NCBI GenBank assembly: GCA_023392945.1
Contig: JAEWNB010000061.1
Span: 1-59,529 of the forward strand
Length of the DNA: 59,529 nt
Source: Bacteroidota bacterium
GTDB taxonomy: Bacteria > Bacteroidota > Bacteroidia > Bacteroidales > WCHB1-69
Direction of reading: 5' to 3'
Positions 1-9,507 of this stretch are shown piece by piece; the stretch's first letter is position 1, and each line of letters begins with the position of its first letter. The translations under genes and the position numbers were made by a program. Below the pieces are notes generated by a model. That model searched no databases, had not been told where the DNA came from, and saw only the letters and a list, made by a program, of their open reading frames with translations.

Positions 1-138
1 ATCTCCGCCGGAGCTAACTCTTTTTGATTAGGGGGGCTTACTTTTTGAAAAACAAAATCGGATGCTTGATTATCAGGTGCTTTGGAGTTCCTTTTGACGG
101 TTTTTATTTTTTACCGGACAACAATAAATTTTTTTTAT

Positions 139-1161
139 TTACTTTCGCAATAATTGTCCACATGCTGCAGAAATATCTTGCCCTCTGCTATGTCTTATAT
201 TGACAATCAGATTTTTAGATTCAAGATAATTCACAAAAATCTCCCTTTTTTCAGGATGACTCCCCACAAATTCAGAATCCGTTGTGTTATATTCTATAAT
301 ATTTATTTTAACGGGAAAAGCTCTGCAAAACTGAGCCAGTTTCTCTGCATCATATTGACTGTCATTGATTTTATCAAGAAGAAGATATTCTATGGTAAAT
401 CTGCTTTTTGTTTTTTCGACATAATACCTTAGGGCATCCTGAAGCTCAAGTAAAGTATTTGATGTGGTGACAGGCATTATTTTTTTTCTTTTTTCTTCGT
501 CTGCACTGTGAAGGGAAATGGCAAGTCCACATTTAAAACCCTCATCGGCAAGTCTGCGAATTCCTTGGACAATTCCTACTGTTGACAAGGTGATTCGGGT
601 GGGAGAGAGCCCTTTGCCTTCACTAGAAGTCAAAATATCAATGGATTTTTTCACATTATCATAATTTATTAGCGGCTCTCCCATACCCATATAAACAATA
701 TTGGAAATGTCATGACTATAATATTCAAGAGCTTTCTTGTTCATTAAAGAATATTGGTCGATGATTTCTGAAAAGTGCAAATGACGGGTAAACCCCATGC
801 TTCCTGTTGCACAAAACCGGCACCCCAGAGGACAGCCAACTTGAGAGGAAATGCATGCAGTTACCCTTTTATCCGATGGAATCAAAACCCCTTCAATTTT
901 ATTCCCATCAAACAACTTAAAAACAAATTTGACAGTTTTATCAATACTCTTTTCCTCCTTCTCAATAAGAGTTGTTTTAAATTCAAAATTACTTTTCAAA
1001 GATTCTCGCAAAGAAAGAGACAGATTGAGCATCTCGTCAAAACTTTGAATGTCTTTCTTCCACAACCACTCTCTGATTTGCTTTGCACGAAATGCTTTTT
1101 CTCCACATTTTTCTAAAAAAAGCATTATTTCATCATTTGAAATATATCGTATATCTTTCAT
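139..1161 (-). CDS. rlmN: 23S rRNA/tRNA (adenine-C2)-methyltransferase RlmN, radical SAM
   Basis: 340-aa ORF. Radical-SAM cysteine triad GCPLGCRFCATG, MGMGEPL motif and C-terminal ACGQL are typical of RlmN/Cfr. Confidence 0.92.
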   Translation of the reverse strand: MKDIRYISNDEIMLFLEKCGEKAFRAKQIREWLWKKDIQSFDEMLNLSLSLRESLKSNFEFKTTLIEKEEKSIDKTVKFVFKLFDGNKIEGVLIPSDKRVTACISSQVGCPLGCRFCATGSMGFTRHLHFSEIIDQYSLMNKKALEYYSHDISNIVYMGMGEPLINYDNVKKSIDILTSSEGKGLSPTRITLSTVGIVQGIRRLADEGFKCGLAISLHSADEEKRKKIMPVTTSNTLLELQDALRYYVEKTKSRFTIEYLLLDKINDSQYDAEKLAQFCRAFPVKINIIEYNTTDSEFVGSHPEKREIFVNYLESKNLIVNIRHSRGQDISAACGQLLRK

Positions 1162-1183
1162 CCTAAATATTACATTAAATATT

Positions 1184-2260
1184 TTATCCCATTTTTACTC
1201 TCGGATCAAGCCACCCATAAATGATATCACATAAAATGTTGATGATCACTAATATAATGGAAACATAAAGCAGTGAACCCATCACCACCGGGAAATCATA
1301 GAAATTCAGAGCCTCTACAATGACTACCCCCATTCCTTTCCAGTCGAAAATGTATTCAACAAACACTGCACCGGCTAACAAAGCAGCTAACCAACCTGAA
1401 ATAGCAGTCACTACGGGATTAAGAGCATTTTTTAAAGCATGTTTTATTAAAATGGTTTTATAAGAAAGTCCTTTTGCTTTTGCTGTTCTGATATAATCTT
1501 GCGATAAAACATCCAATAACGAATTCTTAGTTAATTCAACTACTAATGCCAGTGGCCTGATTCCTAAAGTGATTGCCGGAAGGATAAGATTTTTGAAATC
1601 TAAATATTGACCGTTCCCAAAATTATCTACTGAATAAAGACTTCCAAACATGCTGAGTCCGGTATAATCGGCTAACAGAAATGCGAATACCCATGCAAAC
1701 AAAATTGCTGCAAAAAAGGAAGGAAGAGACATTCCTAAGACAGAGAAGAAAAGTGCCACTTTGTCAAACCATTTGCCTTTGTAAATGGCACTCAGTATGC
1801 CCACAAAAATTCCAACAATTATGGCAAAAAAAATGGAAACTATTGCCAACAAGGCCGTTTTGGGAAAGGCTTCGGCAATGATTTCTGTAACTTGCCGTTT
1901 GGTTTGATAGGACCTCCTTAAAAAGGGCTTTTTTAAAACTATCGAGGATTCATCCGTTGAAAAAATCTTTATGTAGTGGTAGTCTTTATCATCTAAATAC
2001 CAAAATGAGTTATTATCTTGAGTATTGTGCCATGAAATGAAAGAAAGATCGTTTAAGTATGCAAGATATTGAATTCCAACAGGTAAATCCAATCCCATCT
2101 CCTTTCTAATAGCCTCTTCAGTTTCTAAGTCGCTTCTTTGTCCCATCATCATGCGTTCAGGATCTGATGGCAAAACAGTAAAAAGAAAGAAAACAAGGGT
2201 AATTACTCCAAGCATTAGTAGTAAACCATACAAAATTCTCTTAACAATAAACCTACCCAT
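1184..2260 (-). CDS. ABC transporter permease, DppB/OppB-type (binding-protein-dependent inner membrane component)
   Basis: Multi-TM ORF. Start MGRFIVKRILYG is typical of DppB/OppB permeases, and an EAA-like loop is present (YIRTAKAKGLS). Start moved to internal ATG at 2260. Confidence 0.78.
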   Translation of the reverse strand: MGRFIVKRILYGLLLMLGVITLVFFLFTVLPSDPERMMMGQRSDLETEEAIRKEMGLDLPVGIQYLAYLNDLSFISWHNTQDNNSFWYLDDKDYHYIKIFSTDESSIVLKKPFLRRSYQTKRQVTEIIAEAFPKTALLAIVSIFFAIIVGIFVGILSAIYKGKWFDKVALFFSVLGMSLPSFFAAILFAWVFAFLLADYTGLSMFGSLYSVDNFGNGQYLDFKNLILPAITLGIRPLALVVELTKNSLLDVLSQDYIRTAKAKGLSYKTILIKHALKNALNPVVTAISGWLAALLAGAVFVEYIFDWKGMGVVIVEALNFYDFPVVMGSLLYVSIILVIINILCDIIYGWLDPRVKMG

Positions 2261-2311
2261 ACTTTCAATATAAAAGATGAGCAAAAGTACGGGAAATTTT
2301 AATAATCACAA

Positions 2312-3247
2312 CTATTTTATTACAGTAAGGGTTCCGGAGCGAATTTCCTCAATATTGTGAATGGTGTAAAAGAATTGGTAATAATAAATGCCGGCTTCTA
2401 ATCCGTCTGCCCCCCAATCATTCTCATATCCTTGTGTCTGATATAATATTTTTCCATTCTTATTTCGAATAATTAATCTTGACTTGTCACACTGTTCGAT
2501 TCCCGAAATGACAAATTTTTCATTATAACCATCTCCGTTTGGGGTAATAACATTCGGAATTTCTATAATTATGGGATTTGAAATCTCTAACTGTTCATCC
2601 TGATCCATGTTTTGAATGACAGGATCCTCTCTGAGATTTTGAGGCATTGTTGGCTGTGAGGTTAGAGCCGGTTTAACAGAGGAATTTGTTAGGGAAGCTG
2701 TGGGCGAATTTGGCGCTAAAATTGGCTTAACCGGAGACTGATTGTTTGAAGATATATTCCCAATTTTGGTGATTTGATTGGTGCTCTGATTGTTCTGAAT
2801 AGTTATCGGAGTGCTCTCAACTATGGCAGATTTATTATTTGGGGTAATTTTATTATCGGATAAAGAGTTAATAACCGACTTATCTTCAGGAATAGTCACG
2901 AGAGAGTCATTTTCAGCAACTACCGTAATTTCGTCTGAGGGGATAGGTTGTGTTGTGACAGTTGAAGTCGATTGGTTTTTGGAAACATTGATTAGGGTAA
3001 CAACGGCAACGGTAGTAACGGCAATTGAAGAAACGGTAACAGCAGCTGCCTTTACCCAAAAGGCTGCTGATTTCTGCATGATCGAACTCTTGATTCCCGA
3101 GGCTATCTGTTGCCCTGATGCAGCTCCCTGTGAAGCAGGTGAAGAAGGCATCATAACAGATAATTGCTGTTCAATACTTTCCCAGCAACGCCCGGTAGGC
3201 ATCTCTTTTGCATTCTCCACTAAATCTCTTAAATTATGCATCTTCAT
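2312..3247 (-). CDS. Membrane anti-sigma-like protein with S/T/N/P-rich linker and C-terminal T9SS type-B (gliding motility-associated) sorting domain
   Basis: Starts 7 nt after the ECF sigma stop. Short N-terminal cytoplasmic segment, one TM helix (AAFWVKAAAVTVSSIAVTTVAVVTLI), about 140 aa of low-complexity linker, then ITPNGDGYNEKFVI...IRNKNGKILY...DWGADG...GIYYYQF...GTLTVIK, which matches the type-B CTD pattern. Confidence 0.6.
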   Translation of the reverse strand: MKMHNLRDLVENAKEMPTGRCWESIEQQLSVMMPSSPASQGAASGQQIASGIKSSIMQKSAAFWVKAAAVTVSSIAVTTVAVVTLINVSKNQSTSTVTTQPIPSDEITVVAENDSLVTIPEDKSVINSLSDNKITPNNKSAIVESTPITIQNNQSTNQITKIGNISSNNQSPVKPILAPNSPTASLTNSSVKPALTSQPTMPQNLREDPVIQNMDQDEQLEISNPIIIEIPNVITPNGDGYNEKFVISGIEQCDKSRLIIRNKNGKILYQTQGYENDWGADGLEAGIYYYQFFYTIHNIEEIRSGTLTVIK

Positions 3248-3254
3248 CGTTAGC

Positions 3255-3815
3255 TCATTTTATTTTTTTCTTTGACCCGGATCCCAAACGCTCTTCTAAC
3301 CACTGCTTGGCTTTGCAAAACCGCGTTCGGCAAGTGACTTCTGAAATATCTAAGATTTCTGCAATCTGGTTATATGAATATCCGTCAAATGCCCTTAAAT
3401 TCATTACAATACGCAAAAATTCCGGCATTTCCTGAATGATACCAAACAGTTCTTTCTGATTGATATTGGTTTCCATATCATTGAATGTATCCTCAACTTC
3501 ATTGCTGTTTACCTCATCAATAGAAACAGATTGATAATGCTTCGCATTTTTTCTGTAATAAGAAATCGCATTATTTACCATCACTTTTTTTATCCAGTAA
3601 TACAAAGAACTTTCCTCTTTATAAGAATCAAGGCTGAGGAAAACTTTCATAAAACCCTCTACCATGATATCTTCTGCCTCATCTTTACAATTTACATACC
3701 TCATGCAAATACCCAACATAATAGGTGCATATTTTTCGTATAATTTTTTTTGGCTGTCTCTTTGATTTTTTAAACAACCCTCTACGAGTATTTTGTCATC
3801 TTCTTGAGTATTCAC
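3255..3815 (-). CDS. RNA polymerase ECF-type sigma-70 factor
   Basis: 186 aa. Region 2 (DAEDIMVEGFMKVF, YYWIKKVMVNNAISYYRK) and region 4 HTH (YSYNQIAEILDISEVTCRTRFCKAKQWL). Confidence 0.88.
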   Translation of the reverse strand: MNTQEDDKILVEGCLKNQRDSQKKLYEKYAPIMLGICMRYVNCKDEAEDIMVEGFMKVFLSLDSYKEESSLYYWIKKVMVNNAISYYRKNAKHYQSVSIDEVNSNEVEDTFNDMETNINQKELFGIIQEMPEFLRIVMNLRAFDGYSYNQIAEILDISEVTCRTRFCKAKQWLEERLGSGSKKKIK

Positions 3816-3861
3816 AGTTTTTAAGACGCAAATAAAAAATAAATGTTCCTGAAAAAAATAG

Positions 3862-4845
3862 CTATTTGATAGATTTTACAATGGCTTCAACTTCCCGGAG
3901 ATAATCTCGCTTGTTTTCTTCGGGAGCATATACAAAGCCATCAACTGTAATAATATTCTGACCTGATTGGTCTATAAAAGAAAAACTATAGAATGGACCT
4001 CCCATCTTATCACGAACAGATTCCCACAATCCGCGCATTTCTACCCCCTTCCTTGATCCAATTTGTAAGTCGCTGACAAGAGGAAATCCGAATTTCTGAG
4101 TTACTATTGGATAAGCCCCTTTTATGGCACCCGGAATATATTTCTTGGTCATGGTATCACGGGCAGCAATCAAATTTGCTCCGGTCATCTCTTTATAGGG
4201 AGTTTTGTATATCATAATGAATCTGTCATTTCTGGCAGTCCTGAAACGTAACCACAGAAAATCACTTTCTTCTTTGGCTACAATATATTGCTGAGGTACT
4301 GACAGCAGAATTCCAAATTTTGTTTTGATTTTAGTTTCAATATTTTTTTCAATGTCTTTAGCATAAAAAACCTGTATTCTTTTCAAATCATTTTGATATA
4401 GCATTTGAATAATCTTATCCTGATTATTCAAAAATAATGAAAGACAAGAATCAGGATTATTACCCTTAATATAGACATATTCTTGAGGAGATGCCCAAAC
4501 ATTGTGAGAATATGAAATTTGATTCAGATTGAAGTCTTTATTGACTTCAAAACGTACTATATTGCGGTGCCTTTGAAAATTGTGAGTGAATTCTTTATTG
4601 TTAATTTCCAATAGTTCAAACATGGGTTCTATCTGATTGATGGCAGGCTGGGGCTGCATTAATATTTCTTTTACTTTTATTTTGTCACTATCACTCCATG
4701 TATTGTCATCCATAATCAAAACCACTTCCCCCGCTTTTCCTCCGGAGAAGTTGGTTACTTTAAATTTCCCGCCTTTTTTGCTATCACAAGCATTAAAAAG
4801 GATTATTGAACTTATCAAAACGAAAAAAAACAATGACTTTTTCAT
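3862..4845 (-). CDS. Hypothetical lipoprotein (possibly DUF4837-like)
   Basis: Lipoprotein signal MKKSLFFFVLISSIILFNAC. No catalytic motif recognised. The family guess is from memory only. Confidence 0.55.
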   Translation of the reverse strand: MKKSLFFFVLISSIILFNACDSKKGGKFKVTNFSGGKAGEVVLIMDDNTWSDSDKIKVKEILMQPQPAINQIEPMFELLEINNKEFTHNFQRHRNIVRFEVNKDFNLNQISYSHNVWASPQEYVYIKGNNPDSCLSLFLNNQDKIIQMLYQNDLKRIQVFYAKDIEKNIETKIKTKFGILLSVPQQYIVAKEESDFLWLRFRTARNDRFIMIYKTPYKEMTGANLIAARDTMTKKYIPGAIKGAYPIVTQKFGFPLVSDLQIGSRKGVEMRGLWESVRDKMGGPFYSFSFIDQSGQNIITVDGFVYAPEENKRDYLREVEAIVKSIK

Positions 4846-5064
4846 CTTATTCTTATTTTATATTGATTTTACAAATGCAATATTACACATTTTATGTACA
4901 ACAACCAAATACTATTTTTGTTGAGAATTTTCTATATTCTTTTATAAGGCAGGTTTGTCCAAATTGTACTTTGAAATAATAGAATATTTCATATCAATCC
5001 GACTCCGAACTTGCAACCTATGCTCAAAACCAAATCTTATAGATGCAAAATTTGAAAAAGATTA

Positions 5065-5733
5065 TTAATGGGTATGCTTGATATCTATGCCTTCAGTGAG
5101 AAAGATAACAGCTTCGCAAATGTTGGTAGAGCTGTCACCTATGCGTTCTATGTTGTAGATTATACGTCCCAGACTTAATATTTCCTCAATAAAAGCAGAC
5201 GATTTTTCGCACTCATTTAGAGAAAATAATTTTCGCTGTATTTCCCAGTTTAAATTGTCAACTTCATCATCTGAATCAATAACTTTTCTTGCCATTTCGC
5301 TGTTTTCATAAATAAAAGAAGCAATCGCATTTTTGACCATTGAGGTTGCCAACACATAGAGTTTAACTATATCGCTCCGCAAATGAGAGTAAACCCTTTC
5401 TTCTCTGTTAATCTTTGATATTTTTTTACTCACACTGTATAGTAAATCCCCAATTCTTTCCAAATCGGTTATCATATCCATATAAGAAATAATGCGGCGC
5501 AAGTCGGTTGCGCGTGGAGCTTGTAAAACAAGACTGTTAATGATCTCGGATCGGAGTGTGATTTCAAAACGATCTAATTCCAATTCATTGGCTTTTATTT
5601 TCTCCAATTTTTCAGGCGTAATTTTATCTATGAACAACTGTTTAACAAGGTCAATTTGCAGAATAACCAAATCAGACATATTTTTAAATTCATCTATCAA
5701 CCTGAGCAAATAATCTTCTCTTATTGTATTCAT
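5065..5733 (-). CDS. phoU: Phosphate transport system regulator PhoU
   Basis: 222 aa with two PhoU repeats carrying E-R-I-G-D motifs (DLERIGD, NIERIGD). Lies directly downstream of pstB. Confidence 0.9.
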   Translation of the reverse strand: MNTIREDYLLRLIDEFKNMSDLVILQIDLVKQLFIDKITPEKLEKIKANELELDRFEITLRSEIINSLVLQAPRATDLRRIISYMDMITDLERIGDLLYSVSKKISKINREERVYSHLRSDIVKLYVLATSMVKNAIASFIYENSEMARKVIDSDDEVDNLNWEIQRKLFSLNECEKSSAFIEEILSLGRIIYNIERIGDSSTNICEAVIFLTEGIDIKHTH

Positions 5734-5748
5734 ATCTATTGTTTTAAA

Positions 5749-6522
5749 TTAACCAATTCTTCCCGTGAGGTATGCCTCAGTTCTTTTATCCGAGGGATTG
5801 GTAAACATTTTTTGTGTTTTGTCATATTCAACCAACTCGCCCAAATACATAAACATAGAAAAATCGGAAATTCGGGCAGATTGTGACATGTTGTGTGTAA
5901 CGATGAGGATGGTAACATTATTTTTTAGTTCTACGAGTAAATCCTCAATGTAGGTTGTTGTGATAGGGTCAAGAGCTGATGTGGGTTCATCCATAAGGAG
6001 AATGTCAGGTTTTAGTGCCAGTGCTCTGGCAATACAAAGGCGTTGCTGTTGCCCACCGGATAGAAAAGTGCCTTTTTTGGTTAAGGAGTCTTTTACTTCA
6101 TCCCACAGATTGACATTCCTGAGACTGGTTTCCACAATCTCATCTTTTTCGTTATTGTTTTTTCTAATTCCGTTTAAGGTATATCCCGATATTACATTAT
6201 CATAAATGCTCATGGTGGGGAATGGATTAGGGCGTTGGAAAACCATTCCTGCCATGCGCCTCACCTCAGTTGGGTCCATTTTGAGGATATCTTTTCCGGC
6301 AAGTAAAATTTCTCCCGTTGTCACAATTCCCGGATACAACTCATGCATCCGGTTGATAGCGCGCAGTAGAGTGGTTTTCCCGCAACCGGAAGGCCCCATG
6401 ATGGAGGTAATGCTATTTATTTGTATGTCAGCTGTGACATTATCTACGGCATTTTTTCCCGGAGTGTATGAAATAGAAACATTTTTAAGCCTTAAAATGG
6501 CATCCTTAATTAAATTCTCCAT
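5749..6522 (-). CDS. pstB: Phosphate ABC transporter ATP-binding protein PstB
   Basis: Walker A GPSGCGKTT, signature LSGGQQQRLCIARA, Walker B LLMDEPTSALD. PstB-type length and C-terminus. Confidence 0.95.
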   Translation of the reverse strand: MENLIKDAILRLKNVSISYTPGKNAVDNVTADIQINSITSIMGPSGCGKTTLLRAINRMHELYPGIVTTGEILLAGKDILKMDPTEVRRMAGMVFQRPNPFPTMSIYDNVISGYTLNGIRKNNNEKDEIVETSLRNVNLWDEVKDSLTKKGTFLSGGQQQRLCIARALALKPDILLMDEPTSALDPITTTYIEDLLVELKNNVTILIVTHNMSQSARISDFSMFMYLGELVEYDKTQKMFTNPSDKRTEAYLTGRIG

Positions 6523-7370
6523 TTATTAGAAATTCGTTTAGCAAATATATTCAAAATTAAAATAAACATCAATAAAAACAGGGAAGCACTCCAGATCATA
6601 TTCTGGAGGTTGGGATCATTGTAAAACTCCCAAATAAGGAGCGAAACTGATGAAGCAGGCTTGGTGACATCCCATTGCACGGCACTGCTTCCGAGAGCCG
6701 TGAGCATCAGTGGGGCAGTTTCCCCAATAACGCGGGATACTGCCAATAATATTCCGGTGAATATTCCTCCAAACGCTGATGGAAGTATTACCCTGAAAAC
6801 TACTGAACTATAAGATGCCCCAAGAGATAATCCGGCCTCTTTTAGAGTAGTGGGCAACATCTTTAGAGTCTCTTCGGTAGAGCGCACAATGAGGGGTAAC
6901 ATGATTATCGATAAGGCAACACCCCCGGCAATTGCAGAATAGCTCTTCATTGGAATTATTACCCATATATAAACGATGATCCCGACAACAATAGAGGGAA
7001 CCCCCTGAAGAAGATCTGTCAGAAAACGTACAATCGATGCCAAGTGGGATTTTGAATTTTCAGCAAGATAGATTCCGCATATAATTCCGAAAGGAATTGC
7101 TATAGCACTGGCCATCAATACCATCAACAGCATGCCGATAATACCGTTCGCAATGCCTCCCGGAATAATCTCTCCGGCATTGATGGCATAGATGGCATCT
7201 AGAGTGGTGGGTGTGTTTTGAGTAAAAAAGTCGAAATTTATCTGTCTCCAACCTTTCAAAATTACTTTTACAAGAATTGCAATTAGAGGTACTGCTGTCA
7301 GCCCTGAAAGGATAATGACTCCAATATATAGTGCTTTGTTTTTTAAATTACGATACCGTGAAGTTTTCAT
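6510..7370 (-). CDS. pstA: Phosphate ABC transporter permease PstA
   Basis: Six-TM permease with EAA loop (KEAGLSLGAS). Overlaps pstB and pstC ends, consistent with translational coupling. Confidence 0.9.
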   Translation of the reverse strand: MKTSRYRNLKNKALYIGVIILSGLTAVPLIAILVKVILKGWRQINFDFFTQNTPTTLDAIYAINAGEIIPGGIANGIIGMLLMVLMASAIAIPFGIICGIYLAENSKSHLASIVRFLTDLLQGVPSIVVGIIVYIWVIIPMKSYSAIAGGVALSIIMLPLIVRSTEETLKMLPTTLKEAGLSLGASYSSVVFRVILPSAFGGIFTGILLAVSRVIGETAPLMLTALGSSAVQWDVTKPASSVSLLIWEFYNDPNLQNMIWSASLFLLMFILILNIFAKRISNKWRI

Positions 7371-8224
7371 TGATTTCTTCTTTTAATGATTAACTTCCCG
7401 ATATAGTTTATAATGGCCGTTATGATGAAAAGTAGCAATCCGATGGCAATCAGGGATGATAATTTCAACCCGCCGGCCTCCCCGAACTGATTGGCAATGA
7501 TGCTGGCCATGGTATTGCCGGTATCTGCTAGTGAAGTCGGAATAATATTGGCATTTCCAATTAACATGGTTACTGCCATAGTTTCCCCAAACGCACGACC
7601 TAAGGCCAGCATATAGGCAGAAAATATTCCGGGACCTGCCACAGGAAAGATAATATTCTGTATAACTTCCGCACGGGTTGCTCCCAGACTGTAAGCCCCT
7701 TCTTTAAGTTCTCCCGGAACCAACCTGATAAACTCCGAACTCAAAGAAGCAGCATACGGAATAATCATGATGGCTAAAACCAGAGAGGCTGTCAGTATGC
7801 CAAAGCCTTGTTCCGAAAGCCCCAGTGATACAATAAGAGGTCTTAATACGTAAAACCCCCATAAACCATAAACAATTGAGGGAATACCGGCCAATAGGTC
7901 AACAATAGTTCCTAATATGGATGCTATTCGCTTGCCTTTAAAATATTCTCCTATAAAAATGGCAACCGGAAGGGAAAACGGAATACAGAAGAGGAGAGCC
8001 AGCAACGAAGTCATGATAGTACCGACAATAAAAGTGAGAGCCCCGTATTCTTCCCTCCCCGGGGTGGCATTCCATTCAGGAGAAAAGATGAAATTAAAAA
8101 AACCAAACTCTTTAAAAGCCGGAATGGAGCCACTCGTTAATGAGTAAACCATTCCGCCACTAATCAGTAGTATGATGATAGCTGAACTACTGAGTAATAT
8201 TTTAAAAAGTTTGTCTGACATCAT
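7367..8224 (-). CDS. pstC: Phosphate ABC transporter permease PstC
   Basis: Permease with EAA loop (KEGAYSLGATRAEV). Position between pstS and pstA. Confidence 0.9.
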   Translation of the reverse strand: MMSDKLFKILLSSSAIIILLISGGMVYSLTSGSIPAFKEFGFFNFIFSPEWNATPGREEYGALTFIVGTIMTSLLALLFCIPFSLPVAIFIGEYFKGKRIASILGTIVDLLAGIPSIVYGLWGFYVLRPLIVSLGLSEQGFGILTASLVLAIMIIPYAASLSSEFIRLVPGELKEGAYSLGATRAEVIQNIIFPVAGPGIFSAYMLALGRAFGETMAVTMLIGNANIIPTSLADTGNTMASIIANQFGEAGGLKLSSLIAIGLLLFIITAIINYIGKLIIKRRNQ

Positions 8225-8226
8225 TT

Positions 8227-9276
8227 TTATTTAAGTGGATTTCCGTTATAAGTTATTTTGGCAATTGCCTTGGCCGCTTTCTCTTTCACTTCCTGCGGAA
8301 GAGGGGCATAATGAATTTGAGTAGTAAGGCTTTGTGCTTCATCTCCAATCATATATTTCATAAGGTCAACAGTTGCCTGAGCCTGCTCAATAGTTCGCTT
8401 AGAGTTATTTTGTTCCTGATAGACTAAAAGCCAGGTAAAGCAACTGATGGGATATGCACCCGGAGCAGTGGAGTTGGTAATCATGGCACGGGTGTCTTCG
8501 GGAATATCTCCCTGAGCAGCTGCAGAAATAGAAGCAGCAGAAGGAGTGATGAATTCTCCGGCAGGATTTTGAAGATTGGCAATAGTAGTTTTTAAAGCAA
8601 AAGCATATTCAGAACCAATATAACCGATGGATCCTTCTGTTTGACTGATTGTTCCTGCTACACCTGGATTACCCTTGGAGGCAATGCCAATAGGGAAATT
8701 CAGAGACTTTCCGGTGCCGATCTGCTCTTTCCATTCAGGACTGATTTTTGTCATATAGTCACTGAAAACATAAGTTGTCCCACTGCCGTCCGAACGATAA
8801 ACGGCTGTTATAGATTTATCCGGTAAAGAAATCCCTTCATTGATAGCCTTAATTTGAGGGTCATTCCATTTGGTTATTTTTCCCATAAAAATTGATGCTA
8901 CAATAGGTCCGGTTAAATTCAGTTTGTCAATGCCGGGGAGGTTATATGAAAGTACTACTGCCCCCAAACAGCTTGGAATATGAATGACGGCTTTCATCTC
9001 CGCAGCTTCATCATCTGAAAGATAAGCATCACTGCCTGCAAAATCTACAATTCCATCCTTTAAACTTCTGATACCACCGCCACTACCGATTGCCCCATAA
9101 GAAATGGCAGTGCCGGATTTTTGCTGAAATGATTTAAAAGCTAGATTATAATAGGGTTGTGGAAAAGTGGCTCCTGCACCTGAAAGGTCAATTTTCTTTT
9201 TGCCGGAGCTGTTGCAACTTGATAGCACAACTGCGACAATACTTAGAATAATCATTAATTTTTTCATTGTTTTCAT
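8227..9276 (-). CDS. pstS: Phosphate ABC transporter substrate-binding lipoprotein PstS
   Basis: GAGATFPQPYY and SDGSGTTYVF motifs are typical of PstS. Lipobox LSSC. Start set at MKTMKKLMII (ATG at 9276) rather than the Arg/Lys-rich upstream extension. Confidence 0.9.
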   Translation of the reverse strand: MKTMKKLMIILSIVAVVLSSCNSSGKKKIDLSGAGATFPQPYYNLAFKSFQQKSGTAISYGAIGSGGGIRSLKDGIVDFAGSDAYLSDDEAAEMKAVIHIPSCLGAVVLSYNLPGIDKLNLTGPIVASIFMGKITKWNDPQIKAINEGISLPDKSITAVYRSDGSGTTYVFSDYMTKISPEWKEQIGTGKSLNFPIGIASKGNPGVAGTISQTEGSIGYIGSEYAFALKTTIANLQNPAGEFITPSAASISAAAQGDIPEDTRAMITNSTAPGAYPISCFTWLLVYQEQNNSKRTIEQAQATVDLMKYMIGDEAQSLTTQIHYAPLPQEVKEKAAKAIAKITYNGNPLK

Positions 9277-9507
9277 TTTTTTATTGATATTTATTGTTCT
9301 TTTTTTCGAATACAAAAAAAACCTTAATCTATTTCTATTTCGTTTCAAAGTTATTACAAATCTATTAATTTAACAACCCCAAATTTGATTGAAAAAAAAA
9401 CCACATCGTAATATAAATTTAAAATTATGGTAATTTTGATCCATCATTTTTGCATTGTAAAAAGAAATTGAGTTTGTAATTATTATGAATATTAATATGT
9501 ATTTAAA

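Noticed and set aside
1-138. Possible partial gene or RNA at the 5' edge of the window
   Set aside because: All plus-strand frames hit stops within 30 nt. The minus-strand open frame has no start codon inside the window. I saw no tRNA-like features. The evidence is too thin to call anything.
2811-3275. 154-aa plus-strand ORF antisense to the anti-sigma-like gene
   Set aside because: A shadow of the low-complexity linker region. It has no start context or promoter box, and the minus-strand gene has the supported sigma-coupled context and CTD.
9277-9348. N-terminal extension of pstS (MKRNRNRLRFFLYSKKRTININKK)
   Set aside because: The Arg/Lys/Asn-rich extension precedes a perfect lipoprotein signal that starts at an internal ATG. 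The extension most likely reflects translated AT-rich promoter DNA.
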